Virus genome (UHGV): UHGV-1488538
Source of the DNA: a virus
Length of the DNA: 39,106 bases
Reading direction: 5' to 3' (one strand)
Position 1 is the stretch's first letter, and every line of letters starts with the position of its first letter. The translations under genes and the position numbers were made by a program. Under the pieces are notes generated by a model. It worked only from the letters and a program-made list of their open reading frames with translations, did not search any database and had not been told where the DNA came from. Shown here piece by piece: positions 15,789 to 24,760 of this stretch.

Positions 15789-17468
15789 ATGGCGGAAACA
15801 ACTAAAGAGCGATTGAACAAACAGTTCGCACAACTTGAAAGCGAGCGTCAGTCGTTCGAGCCGCACTGGCGCGAGTTGAGTGATTACATCAACCCGCGTG
15901 GTTCCCGCTTTCTGACTTCTGAGGTCAACCGTAACGATCGACGCAATACACGCATTATTGATTCGACCGGGACTATGGCGGCGCGCACTCTCGCCAGCGG
16001 CATGATGTCAGGCATCACAAGCCCCGCGCGTCCGTGGTTTCGCCTGGCTACGCCAGATCCTGAAATGATGGATTATGGCCCTGTTAAGTTGTGGCTTGAG
16101 GCGGTGCAGAACCGCATGAACGATATGTTCAATAAGTCGAATCTCTACCAGTCTCTTCCGCAGTTATACGGAAGCCTCGGCACATACAGCACTGGTGCAA
16201 TGGCGGTGCTGGAGGATGACGAGGACATCATTCGCACAATGCCATTCCCGATAGGCAGTTACTACCTGGCTAACTCACCTCGTGGCAGTGTGGACACCTG
16301 TTTTCGCAAGTTCTCTATGACTGTTCGTCAGCTTGTTCAGGAGTTCGGGCTAAATAACGTCAGCGAATCTGTAAAAAGCATGTGGGAAAGCGGCACCTAC
16401 GAGAAGTGGATTGAAGTGATGCATTCGGTTTACCCGAACATTGACCGCGATACATCGAAGCTGGATAGCAAGAACAAGCCATTCAAATCGGTTTATTACG
16501 AGGTTGGTGGCGATAACGACAAGTTGTTGCGTGAGTCCGGATTCGATGAGTTTCCAATTATGGCTCCGCGCTGGGAAGTTAATGGCGAAGATGTTTATGG
16601 ATCATCATGCCCGGGTATGCTGGCGCTTGGACCTGTTAAGGCATTGCAGCTTCTCCAGAAGCGCAAGTCGCAGTTGATTGATAAAGCCACCAATCCGCCG
16701 ATGGTTGCTCCGACTTCCCTCAAGAATCAGCGTGCCTCCCTTCTTCCTGGCGACATCACGTATATCGATCAGATTACTGGTCAGGATGGCTTCAGGCCTG
16801 CTTATCTGGTTAACCCCAGTACAGCAGATTTGGTGGCAGACATTCAGGACACTCGTCAAATCATTAACAGCGCCTACTTCGTCGATCTGTTCATGATGTT
16901 GCAGAACATCAATACCCGCTCAATGCCTGTTGAAGCGGTGATCGAAATGAAAGAAGAAAAGCTTCTGATGTTGGGGCCGGTTCTGGAGCGTCTGAACGAC
17001 GAATGTCTTAATCCTCTCATTGACCGCGCTTTCTCGATGATGGTGCGTAAAAACATGCTGCCGCCACCGCCTGACGCGATGGAAGGCATTCCCCTGAAGG
17101 TCGAATACATTTCCGTCATGGCTCAGGCGCAGAAGTCTATCGGCCTGTCCAGTCTGGCGTCCACGGTTAACTTCATTGGTCAACTTGCGCAAGCGAAACC
17201 AGAAGCTCTCGACAAACTCAACGTTGATCAGGCGATCGATGCATTCGCTGATATGTCCGGAGTGTCTCCAACCGTCATTGTTCCGCAGGAACAGGTTGAG
17301 CAGGCTCGCCAGCAACGGGCACAGCAGCAACAGCAACAACAAATGATGGCGGTGGGGATGGCGGCGGCACAGGGTGCCAAGACGCTAAGCGAAGCTAAAA
17401 CTTCGGATCCGAGTGTTTTGACAGCTATGGCGAATGCAGTTAGTGGTCAGGGTGGGCAATCACAATGA
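15789..17468 (+). CDS. Portal (head-to-tail connector) protein, T7 gp8-like
   Basis: 559 aa; Gln-rich C-terminus QQRAQQQQQQQMMAVGMAAAQGA resembles the T7 connector C-terminus as recalled; gene order. Confidence 0.8.
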   Translation: MAETTKERLNKQFAQLESERQSFEPHWRELSDYINPRGSRFLTSEVNRNDRRNTRIIDSTGTMAARTLASGMMSGITSPARPWFRLATPDPEMMDYGPVKLWLEAVQNRMNDMFNKSNLYQSLPQLYGSLGTYSTGAMAVLEDDEDIIRTMPFPIGSYYLANSPRGSVDTCFRKFSMTVRQLVQEFGLNNVSESVKSMWESGTYEKWIEVMHSVYPNIDRDTSKLDSKNKPFKSVYYEVGGDNDKLLRESGFDEFPIMAPRWEVNGEDVYGSSCPGMLALGPVKALQLLQKRKSQLIDKATNPPMVAPTSLKNQRASLLPGDITYIDQITGQDGFRPAYLVNPSTADLVADIQDTRQIINSAYFVDLFMMLQNINTRSMPVEAVIEMKEEKLLMLGPVLERLNDECLNPLIDRAFSMMVRKNMLPPPPDAMEGIPLKVEYISVMAQAQKSIGLSSLASTVNFIGQLAQAKPEALDKLNVDQAIDAFADMSGVSPTVIVPQEQVEQARQQRAQQQQQQQMMAVGMAAAQGAKTLSEAKTSDPSVLTAMANAVSGQGGQSQ

Positions 17469-17761
17469 CAGATTACGAAGACGATCAACTGAAAGAAGAA
17501 AACGCCCGTAAGCAACGTGACATGGCGCAGCGTGAAATTGATGACATTCGCTTTGTCATGAGCAGTGAACAAGGGCGTCGCGTTGTCTGGTCGGTGCTGG
17601 AGAAAGGCCGTGTGTTTTCCGCTATCTCACCGATGGACGCTATGGCAATGGCATTTAATGAGGGGCAACGCAATCTGGCGCTGGAACTGTTTCAGCGCGT
17701 TATGGCGCATTGCCCTGAACAGTATTTGAAGATGGCCAAAGAGGCCAGTGAACAGGAGTGA
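17465..17761 (+). CDS. Hypothetical protein (98 aa)
   Basis: ORF track; ATGA overlap with portal stop. Confidence 0.55.
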   Translation: MTDYEDDQLKEENARKQRDMAQREIDDIRFVMSSEQGRRVVWSVLEKGRVFSAISPMDAMAMAFNEGQRNLALELFQRVMAHCPEQYLKMAKEASEQE

Positions 17762-17763
17762 TC

Positions 17764-18459
17764 ATGAATTTATTTGAGCGTTTGCTGTATCGCCGTCTTT
17801 GCAATGAGCAACCAGTCGATGGTGGAGCAGCTCCGGCTGCGTCAGAACCGTCAGCGCCTGCAGGTGATAACCCTGCTCCAGTTGGTGATCCATCACAACA
17901 GGAAGGTGATAAGCCACAACCTGTTGCTGATGGCGATAAACCTGCTGATGACAAAAAGCCTGAAAACGATAAGCAGGATGAAAAAAAGGACGGCGATAAA
18001 CCAGAGGGTGCGCCTGAAAAGTACGAGTTTCAGGCTGCCGAAGGCGTAGAGCTGGATACAGAAGCGTTGAAGGAATTCGAGCCGGTGGCGCGAGAACTAA
18101 ACCTGACCAACGAGCAAGCGCAAAAGCTGGTTGATGCTTATCCGAAGATTCTGGCAGGTGTTCAGCAGCGCCAGGCAGAAGCCTGGCAGAAAACAACCGA
18201 GCAGTGGGCTGCGGATGTAAAAGCTGACAAAGAAATCGGTGGCGACAAGTTGATTTCTAACCTTAGCGCCGCACAGCGTGCGCTTGACCAGTTCGGGACA
18301 CCTGAACTCAAAGAATATCTGAACACCACCGGGCTGGGTAATCACCCTGATCTGGTCAAAACGTTCGTGAAAATCGGAAAGGCGATGTCTGAAGATGGCA
18401 TGGTCACCGGTGGTAATGAAGGCCAGCGTAGTGCGGCCGAAGTGCTCTATGGCAAATAA
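17764..18459 (+). CDS. Scaffolding protein
   Basis: Acidic, Pro/Ala/Asp/Lys-rich low-complexity N-terminal half, helical C-terminus; between portal and capsid; AGGAG RBS before ATG 17764 (track start 17758 GTG). Confidence 0.7.
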   Translation: MNLFERLLYRRLCNEQPVDGGAAPAASEPSAPAGDNPAPVGDPSQQEGDKPQPVADGDKPADDKKPENDKQDEKKDGDKPEGAPEKYEFQAAEGVELDTEALKEFEPVARELNLTNEQAQKLVDAYPKILAGVQQRQAEAWQKTTEQWAADVKADKEIGGDKLISNLSAAQRALDQFGTPELKEYLNTTGLGNHPDLVKTFVKIGKAMSEDGMVTGGNEGQRSAAEVLYGK

Positions 18460-18467
18460 GAGAGGAA

Positions 18468-19460
18468 ATGACAATGGCTGTTAAAGGCTTAACTGCGCTA
18501 ACGCTGGCTGACTGGGGTAAGCGCGTCGATCCAAACGGGAAAGTCGATAAGATTATCGAGCTTCTCAGTCAAACCAACCCAATCCTTCAGGATATGCCTT
18601 TTGTTGAAGGAAACCTTCCTACCGGACACCGAACCACCATTCGTTCTGGTTTGCCTTCCGCTACTTGGCGTTTGCTGAACTATGGCGTACAACCGAGCAA
18701 ATCAACAACGGTGCAGGTCACTGATTCCATTGGCATGCTGGAAACCTATGCTGAAGTCGATAAGTCTCTGGCTGATCTGAACGGTAATACTGCCGAATTC
18801 CGCCTGTCTGAAGACCGAGCATTTATTGAAGCGATGAATCAGGCGATGGCGCAGACGCTGTTTTACGGTGATTCCAGCGTTAACCCTCAGCAGTTTATGG
18901 GACTGTCCTCCCGCTATTCCAGCCTGTCTGCGGGTAATGCTCAGAACATCATTGATGCTGGTGGCACGGGTACAGATAACACTTCAATCTGGTTAGTGGT
19001 GTGGGGCGAAAACACCGTGCATGGCATCTTCCCGAAAGGGCAGAAGGCTGGCATCCAGATGGAAGATAAAGGCCAGGTGACACTGGAAGATGCTAATGGC
19101 GGCAAGTACGAAGGTTATCGTACCCATTATAAGTGGGACAACGGGCTGACATTGCGTGACTGGCGCTATGTTGTTCGCATTGCAAACATCGATGTCAGCA
19201 ATCTTGACGCTCCTTCTACTGCTGCGAATATCGCAAAACTGATGATTCGTGCCCTTCATCGAATCCCAAATCGTGGGATGGGACGTCCTATTTTCTACAT
19301 GAACAGAACCATTAACGAAGTGCTTGACCTGCAATCTCTGGAGAAGAGTTCTCTGGCGATCAGCGTGAAAGAGACAGAAGGCGAATGGTGGACAGAACTT
19401 CGTGGTGTGCCGATTCGCGAAACTGACGCACTTCTGGAAACAGAAGCCCGCGTGGTGTAA
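18468..19460 (+). CDS. Major capsid protein
   Basis: 330 aa; position after scaffold; followed by stabilising hairpin 19477-19496. Confidence 0.8.
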   Translation: MTMAVKGLTALTLADWGKRVDPNGKVDKIIELLSQTNPILQDMPFVEGNLPTGHRTTIRSGLPSATWRLLNYGVQPSKSTTVQVTDSIGMLETYAEVDKSLADLNGNTAEFRLSEDRAFIEAMNQAMAQTLFYGDSSVNPQQFMGLSSRYSSLSAGNAQNIIDAGGTGTDNTSIWLVVWGENTVHGIFPKGQKAGIQMEDKGQVTLEDANGGKYEGYRTHYKWDNGLTLRDWRYVVRIANIDVSNLDAPSTAANIAKLMIRALHRIPNRGMGRPIFYMNRTINEVLDLQSLEKSSLAISVKETEGEWWTELRGVPIRETDALLETEARVV

Positions 19461-19511
19461 CGCCTGTTATTAACCTGTGGGTCGTAACAGACCCACTAAT
19501 GGAGAAAGAAG

Positions 19512-19949
19512 ATGATCACCGACAAACTGTTGATGTTCTCCGAAGCTCAGGCGGTTACGAATACCGCGGCTTCTACTGACGTAATCGATCTCGGTCCAAT
19601 TGACGGAAACCGTCGCGATATCGGTGTGGGTTACCCGCTTGAGTTTTGGGCGCTGGTTAACGAAGCCGCCACGGCAAGTGGTGAGGCAACTGTAAACATC
19701 CAGTTGCAGACGAGTGAGAATAACAGCTCATGGTCCACTATTTATGATAGTGGCGCACTGGCAAAGGCCACCCTGACAGCAGGTAAGCGAGTTGTTTCTG
19801 CAAAGGTGCCAGCCGGTGTTCAGCGATATCTGCGTGTTAACTACTCCGTCGCAACTGGCCCACTAACGGCTGGCAAATTCACTGCGGGTATCAATCTTGA
19901 TGTTGATGCCAATACGCCGTATCCGATCCGCTCAAAAGTAACTGGTTAA
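19512..19949 (+). CDS. Hypothetical virion protein (145 aa)
   Basis: ORF track; late operon. Confidence 0.55.
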   Translation: MITDKLLMFSEAQAVTNTAASTDVIDLGPIDGNRRDIGVGYPLEFWALVNEAATASGEATVNIQLQTSENNSSWSTIYDSGALAKATLTAGKRVVSAKVPAGVQRYLRVNYSVATGPLTAGKFTAGINLDVDANTPYPIRSKVTG

Positions 19950-19950
19950 G

Positions 19951-20295
19951 GTGATATTGATGTCAGGTGAGAAACCAAGATACCGCGTTCTGCGCCTCTC
20001 TCATATCCATAACACTCTGTGGCCGGAGGGGGCAGAAATCGAATACGAAGGTGAGCCTGGTAGCGCACTGGAACCTGTTAACGATGCAGCCAGACAGGCA
20101 AAAGCAAAGGTAGCGGGAAAGGTGTCAATGGCAGCAACCAGCACCAAAATCATCAACGATGTGTCAGATGATGGTGAACTGGATAAGCTCCGTGAAGAGT
20201 ACGAATTGCTCTTTAACGAGAAGCCACACCATAACGCCAAAGCAGAAACGCTTCGCGAGAAGATCGCAGATAAGCGTAAAGAACTGGGCGTGTAA
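19951..20295 (+). CDS. Hypothetical virion protein (114 aa)
   Basis: ORF track. Confidence 0.55.
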   Translation: MILMSGEKPRYRVLRLSHIHNTLWPEGAEIEYEGEPGSALEPVNDAARQAKAKVAGKVSMAATSTKIINDVSDDGELDKLREEYELLFNEKPHHNAKAETLREKIADKRKELGV

Positions 20296-20339
20296 GCCTC
20301 GCGAATCAGACAAGGGGCTTCGGCCCCTTTATTGCAGGA

Positions 20340-20669
20340 GTGTATATGGAACTCGTAAACCTCAAAACAGGCACTGACAGCTACCAGGATGAGAGCGGAG
20401 AAACCAGAACTCGCGATGAATACCCGTGGGGGCTGTGCATCACGCTGAATAACGACACATTGAATAAGCTGAAGGCGCAACCTAAGGGCGTCGGAACGGA
20501 AGTGATGATAACTGCAAAGGCTGTTATTCGAGGCCTGTCTGCCAGAGAAACTGACGATGGCGTTAATCGCAGCGCCGATCTGCAGATCACTGATATGGCG
20601 ATCGCTCCTGTTTCCGGGGATGTAGAAAAATCAGCGGCTGAAACTCTGTACGGTAACGGAGGTGAGTGA
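20340..20669 (+). CDS. Hypothetical virion protein (109 aa)
   Basis: ORF track. Confidence 0.55.
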   Translation: MYMELVNLKTGTDSYQDESGETRTRDEYPWGLCITLNNDTLNKLKAQPKGVGTEVMITAKAVIRGLSARETDDGVNRSADLQITDMAIAPVSGDVEKSAAETLYGNGGE

Positions 20670-21274
20670 TGGCCTCTGTAGTAGAGATCTGTAATCGTGC
20701 GCTGTCCAATATTGGCAACAGCCGCAGCATTAACAGCCTGACGGAAGCCAGCAAGGAAGCGGGGGAATGTTCGCTGCACTTTGAGGCCTGCCGTGATACT
20801 GTGCTTTCTGATTTTGACTGGAACTTTGCTACCAAACGCGTGGCGCTTGCAGATACGAGCAATCCACCGCCTGACTGGGAATATGCGTACCAGTACCCGT
20901 CAGATTGTCTGCGCATTACTGAAATTATGCTTCCTGGTGTACGCAATCCAACAGCAGCAATGCGCGTTCAGTACGAAGTTGGTGCAGACACCAACGGAAC
21001 AGGAAAGTTGATCTACACAGACCAGCCTCAGGCATGGCTCAAGTATGTCTCTCGCGTTACAGATGTGAACATGTTTGATGCCATTTTTATGGAGGCGTTG
21101 GCCTGGCGTCTTGCGGCAGCTATTAACATGGCGCTGACTGGGAATGCAGACCTCGGTACGTTTGCCCTCAATATGTACAATCGCGTGATTCTTAGTGCTG
21201 GCTCGCATAGCCAGAATGAATCACAGGAACCACAGCCACCGGTTGACGAGTTTACCATTGCGAGGTTGTCCTGA
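20666..21274 (+). CDS. Tail tubular protein A-like (T7 gp11-like)
   Basis: 202 aa; N-terminus ...ICNRALSNIGNSRSINSLTEA resembles T7 gp11 N-terminus as recalled; position. Confidence 0.6.
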   Translation: MMASVVEICNRALSNIGNSRSINSLTEASKEAGECSLHFEACRDTVLSDFDWNFATKRVALADTSNPPPDWEYAYQYPSDCLRITEIMLPGVRNPTAAMRVQYEVGADTNGTGKLIYTDQPQAWLKYVSRVTDVNMFDAIFMEALAWRLAAAINMALTGNADLGTFALNMYNRVILSAGSHSQNESQEPQPPVDEFTIARLS

Positions 21275-23745
21275 TGGCTATCAGTTGGATCCAGCCCAGC
21301 TTTGCTGGTGGTGAGATTGGACCGTCGTTGTACGGACGTATCGACATGGCGAAGTACCAGGTGGCATTGCGCAAGTGCGATAACTTTATCGTGCGGCAGT
21401 ATGGCGGCGTTGAGAATCGACCTGGTACGCGTTTTGTCGGTGCCGCCAAATATCCAAATCGGAAATGCCGCCTGATCCCGTTCCAGTTCTCGACGGTTCA
21501 GACTTATGCTCTGGAGTTCGGACACCAGTACATGCGCGTTATCAAAGATGGTGCGTTGGTGCTGAACAGCAGCAATGTTATTTATGAAATTTCCACGCCA
21601 TATACTGAAGCCGATCTGTTCCGAATTAAATTCACGCAAAGCGCAGACGTGCTTACGCTGGTTCATCCGGCATACCCGCCGAAAGAGTTGCGCCGCTATG
21701 CGCATGACAACTGGCAACTGGTTGATGTGGTAACGAAGAACGGGCCATTTGAAGATATCAATATTGACGAGTCAGTGACGGTTTATGCCAGCGCCAGCAC
21801 CGGGACAATTACGCTAACGGCAAGCGCCTCTATTTTTGGCGCGGAGCAGGTAGGCAAATTGTTCTATCTGGAACAGCCTGCAGTGGATTCTGTGCCGGTA
21901 TGGGAAACCAGTAAGAGTACGTCGATTGGCGATATTCGCCGAGCAGACAGTAACTACTATCGCGCCGTTAAAGCAGGCAAAACAGGTACTTTGCGCCCTT
22001 CGCATACAGAAGGCACATCATGGGATGGCTGGGGCGGATCCGGTGATGATGATACTGGCATTGAGTGGGAATATCTGCACAGTGGTTTTGGCATTGCCCG
22101 TATCACTGCTGCAAATGGAACTACTGCAACTGCCGAGGTGATTTCCTATATCCCTTCGCAGGTAGTTGGCGAGGATAATGCCAGCTATAAATGGGCTAAA
22201 TATGCCTGGAACAGTGTTAATGGTTATCCTGGCACTGTTGTTTATTATCAACAACGTCTTTACTTCGCCGCATCGACTGCGTTTCCTCAGACTATCTGGG
22301 CCAGCCGTACCGGGGATTATAAGGATTTTGGCAAAAGCAATCCTACGCAGGATGACGACAGAATTATCTACACCTATGCCGGGCGTCAGGTTAATGAGAT
22401 CCGTCACCTGATTGATGTTGGTTCGCTGGTGGCGCTGACTTCCGGAGGTGAGTACGTCATCACTGGCGACCAGAACAAAGTGCTTACCCCATCATCATTT
22501 GCATTCAGCTCTCAGGGATCAAATGGCTCGAGCAATGTCCCACCAATTGCCGTGGCGAATATTGCTCTGTTCGTCCAGGAGAAAGGCTGTGTTGTCCGTG
22601 ATCTGGCCTACTCATTCGATGTTGACGGCTATCAGGGGAACGACCTGACCATCCTTGCCAATCATCTTTTTCAGAAGCACAGTATTGTTGACTGGTGCTT
22701 CTCTATTGTCCCTTACTCCAGCGCCTTCTGCATTCGTGATGACGGTAAATTACTGGTGATGACCTATTTGCGTGATCAGCAGGTTTTTGCATGGGCACCA
22801 CAATCCAGTACCGGAAAATATGAAAGCACATGCAGTATCAGCGAAGGAAATGAAGATGCGGTGTATTTCGTCGTTAACCGAACCGTTAACGGGCAAACAG
22901 TGAGATACATCGAGCGACTGTCCAGCCGTTTATTTACCAGCGATGAAGATGCTTTCTTTGTTGATTCTGGCCTTAGCTATGATGGAAGAAATACGTCTGA
23001 CAGAACGATGACCATCACTGGTGGTTCTGGTGAATGGGATTACCGCGCGGAATATACAATCAGTGTTTCTGGTGGTGCGTACTTCACCAGTAGTGATGTC
23101 GGCGCGCAACTACAGTTCCCTTATACCGGAACTGATCCTGATACTGGTGATGAGGTGTCAAAAGAATTACGTTGCGACATTATTTCTGTAACCAGCAATA
23201 CCGCTGTAGTGGTTCGTGCTAACAGGAACGTCCCGCCATCCCTCAGGAATGTGGCCACCACGAACTGGCAGATGGCGCGCCGGACATTTGGAGGCCTGTC
23301 TCATCTTGAAGGCCAGACCGTAAACATTCTCTCTGATGCGAACGTGGAACCACAGAAAGTGGTTTCCGGAGGTGCCGTCACGCTGGAATCTCCGGGGGCT
23401 GTAGTTCACATCGGCCTGCCAATAACTGCTGAATTCGAAACACTGGATATCAACATTAACGGACAGGAAACGCTGCTGGACAAAAAACAGGTGATCCCGT
23501 CCGTTACTCTGGTTGTGAATGCCAGCCGCGGCATCTGGGCGACTACGCCCGGCGGTAAATGGTACGAATATCCACAGCGTGAATTCGAGTTCTACGATGA
23601 TCCTGTTGATGATGCTACCGGAAAAGTAGAAGTGAAACTGGACAGTAACTGGGGCAAAAACGGACGTGTAAAAATCCGTCAGCTTGACCCGTTGCCGCTG
23701 TCTGTTCTTGCCGTTATTCCTCGCCTTACTGTTGGGGGATTCTGA
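21274..23745 (+). CDS. Tail tubular protein B-like (T7 gp12-like)
   Basis: 823 aa; size and gene order only. Confidence 0.55.
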   Translation: MAISWIQPSFAGGEIGPSLYGRIDMAKYQVALRKCDNFIVRQYGGVENRPGTRFVGAAKYPNRKCRLIPFQFSTVQTYALEFGHQYMRVIKDGALVLNSSNVIYEISTPYTEADLFRIKFTQSADVLTLVHPAYPPKELRRYAHDNWQLVDVVTKNGPFEDINIDESVTVYASASTGTITLTASASIFGAEQVGKLFYLEQPAVDSVPVWETSKSTSIGDIRRADSNYYRAVKAGKTGTLRPSHTEGTSWDGWGGSGDDDTGIEWEYLHSGFGIARITAANGTTATAEVISYIPSQVVGEDNASYKWAKYAWNSVNGYPGTVVYYQQRLYFAASTAFPQTIWASRTGDYKDFGKSNPTQDDDRIIYTYAGRQVNEIRHLIDVGSLVALTSGGEYVITGDQNKVLTPSSFAFSSQGSNGSSNVPPIAVANIALFVQEKGCVVRDLAYSFDVDGYQGNDLTILANHLFQKHSIVDWCFSIVPYSSAFCIRDDGKLLVMTYLRDQQVFAWAPQSSTGKYESTCSISEGNEDAVYFVVNRTVNGQTVRYIERLSSRLFTSDEDAFFVDSGLSYDGRNTSDRTMTITGGSGEWDYRAEYTISVSGGAYFTSSDVGAQLQFPYTGTDPDTGDEVSKELRCDIISVTSNTAVVVRANRNVPPSLRNVATTNWQMARRTFGGLSHLEGQTVNILSDANVEPQKVVSGGAVTLESPGAVVHIGLPITAEFETLDININGQETLLDKKQVIPSVTLVVNASRGIWATTPGGKWYEYPQREFEFYDDPVDDATGKVEVKLDSNWGKNGRVKIRQLDPLPLSVLAVIPRLTVGGF

Positions 23746-24209
23746 TGATCGATGTTCGAATTATTCCCGCTACCGAAGAGCATCTTCAGATGATTTTGCC
23801 GGATGTTCGTCAGGCTGATATTGACGAACTGTATGCGGTATCGCTGATGACTACCGAAGATGCGCTGCGTGTTGGTCTGCGCACTGCGACTATGGCCTGG
23901 TCAGGGTTCGCGAACGGAGAGCTGGTAACCATGTTTGGTGTATCTCCGGCGTCAATGATCGGTGGCAATGGTACGCCATGGCTGGTCGGGACCAGCCGTA
24001 TTGAAAAATATCAGAAGACATTTCTGCGCCACTGCCGCCCTGTATTGCAGCAGATGCTGGCAGTTTATCCGCGCTTGGAAAACTACGTCGACGAGCGAAA
24101 CCATGTTGCCAAAGCATGGCTGCACTGGCTTGGATTCAGGCTTGAAGAAGCCGCGCCTTATGGTGCTCTTGGTCTTAATTTCCACAGATTTCACATGGAG
24201 AGAAAATAA
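23745..24209 (+). CDS. Hypothetical protein (154 aa), internal virion protein A position
   Basis: Gene order only. Confidence 0.5.
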   Translation: MIDVRIIPATEEHLQMILPDVRQADIDELYAVSLMTTEDALRVGLRTATMAWSGFANGELVTMFGVSPASMIGGNGTPWLVGTSRIEKYQKTFLRHCRPVLQQMLAVYPRLENYVDERNHVAKAWLHWLGFRLEEAAPYGALGLNFHRFHMERK

Positions 24210-24748
24210 TGTGTAACCCAGCCATCGCTTTGGTTGCCGTCACAGTGGCATCCACAGCCGCGTCAATGTACAGCCAGAGCAAGCAGGCAAAATACCAGTC
24301 AGCCATAGCTGATCGGAATGCTGAAATTGCTGAAGCTCAGGCACAGGATTCAATCAATCGTGGGAATATTGAAGCGGATCAGCGTCGTCGTGAAATGCGT
24401 CAACGCTCAGGCACTGCGGCGGCCACTATGGGGGCTACCGGTGCGGAATTAAGTAGCGGAACAGCTCTTGACGTTTTTGCGGATAATGCTCAGTTCGGCA
24501 CTCTTGATGCGTTAACGACAGTGAATAATGCTCAGCGTGAGGCATATGGGTATCAGGTTCAGGGAATGAATGCTCAGGCACAGGGGGCTGCTGCTCAGTC
24601 GGCTGCTAAATCATCGATGACCAGCACTTTGTTAACGGCACCACTAAAAGCATACGGTGCATACCAGATGGGCGGCGGAACGTGGAGCCCGTTCTCTCAG
24701 AAGGCTGCGCCGATTTCTGCTGCTGTTGGCACTCCAACCGGTCGATAA
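24209..24748 (+). CDS. Internal virion protein B (T7 gp14-like)
   Basis: 179 aa; starts MC..., Ala/Gln-rich, C-terminus KAAPISAAVGTPTGR closely resembles T7 gp14 C-terminus as recalled. Confidence 0.7.
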   Translation: MCNPAIALVAVTVASTAASMYSQSKQAKYQSAIADRNAEIAEAQAQDSINRGNIEADQRRREMRQRSGTAAATMGATGAELSSGTALDVFADNAQFGTLDALTTVNNAQREAYGYQVQGMNAQAQGAAAQSAAKSSMTSTLLTAPLKAYGAYQMGGGTWSPFSQKAAPISAAVGTPTGR

Positions 24749-24760
24749 GGGGATAATAAG

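Noticed and set aside
16920-17342. Minus-strand 140-aa ORF inside portal gene
   Set aside because: Antisense to the portal CDS; Leu/Arg-rich low-complexity translation.
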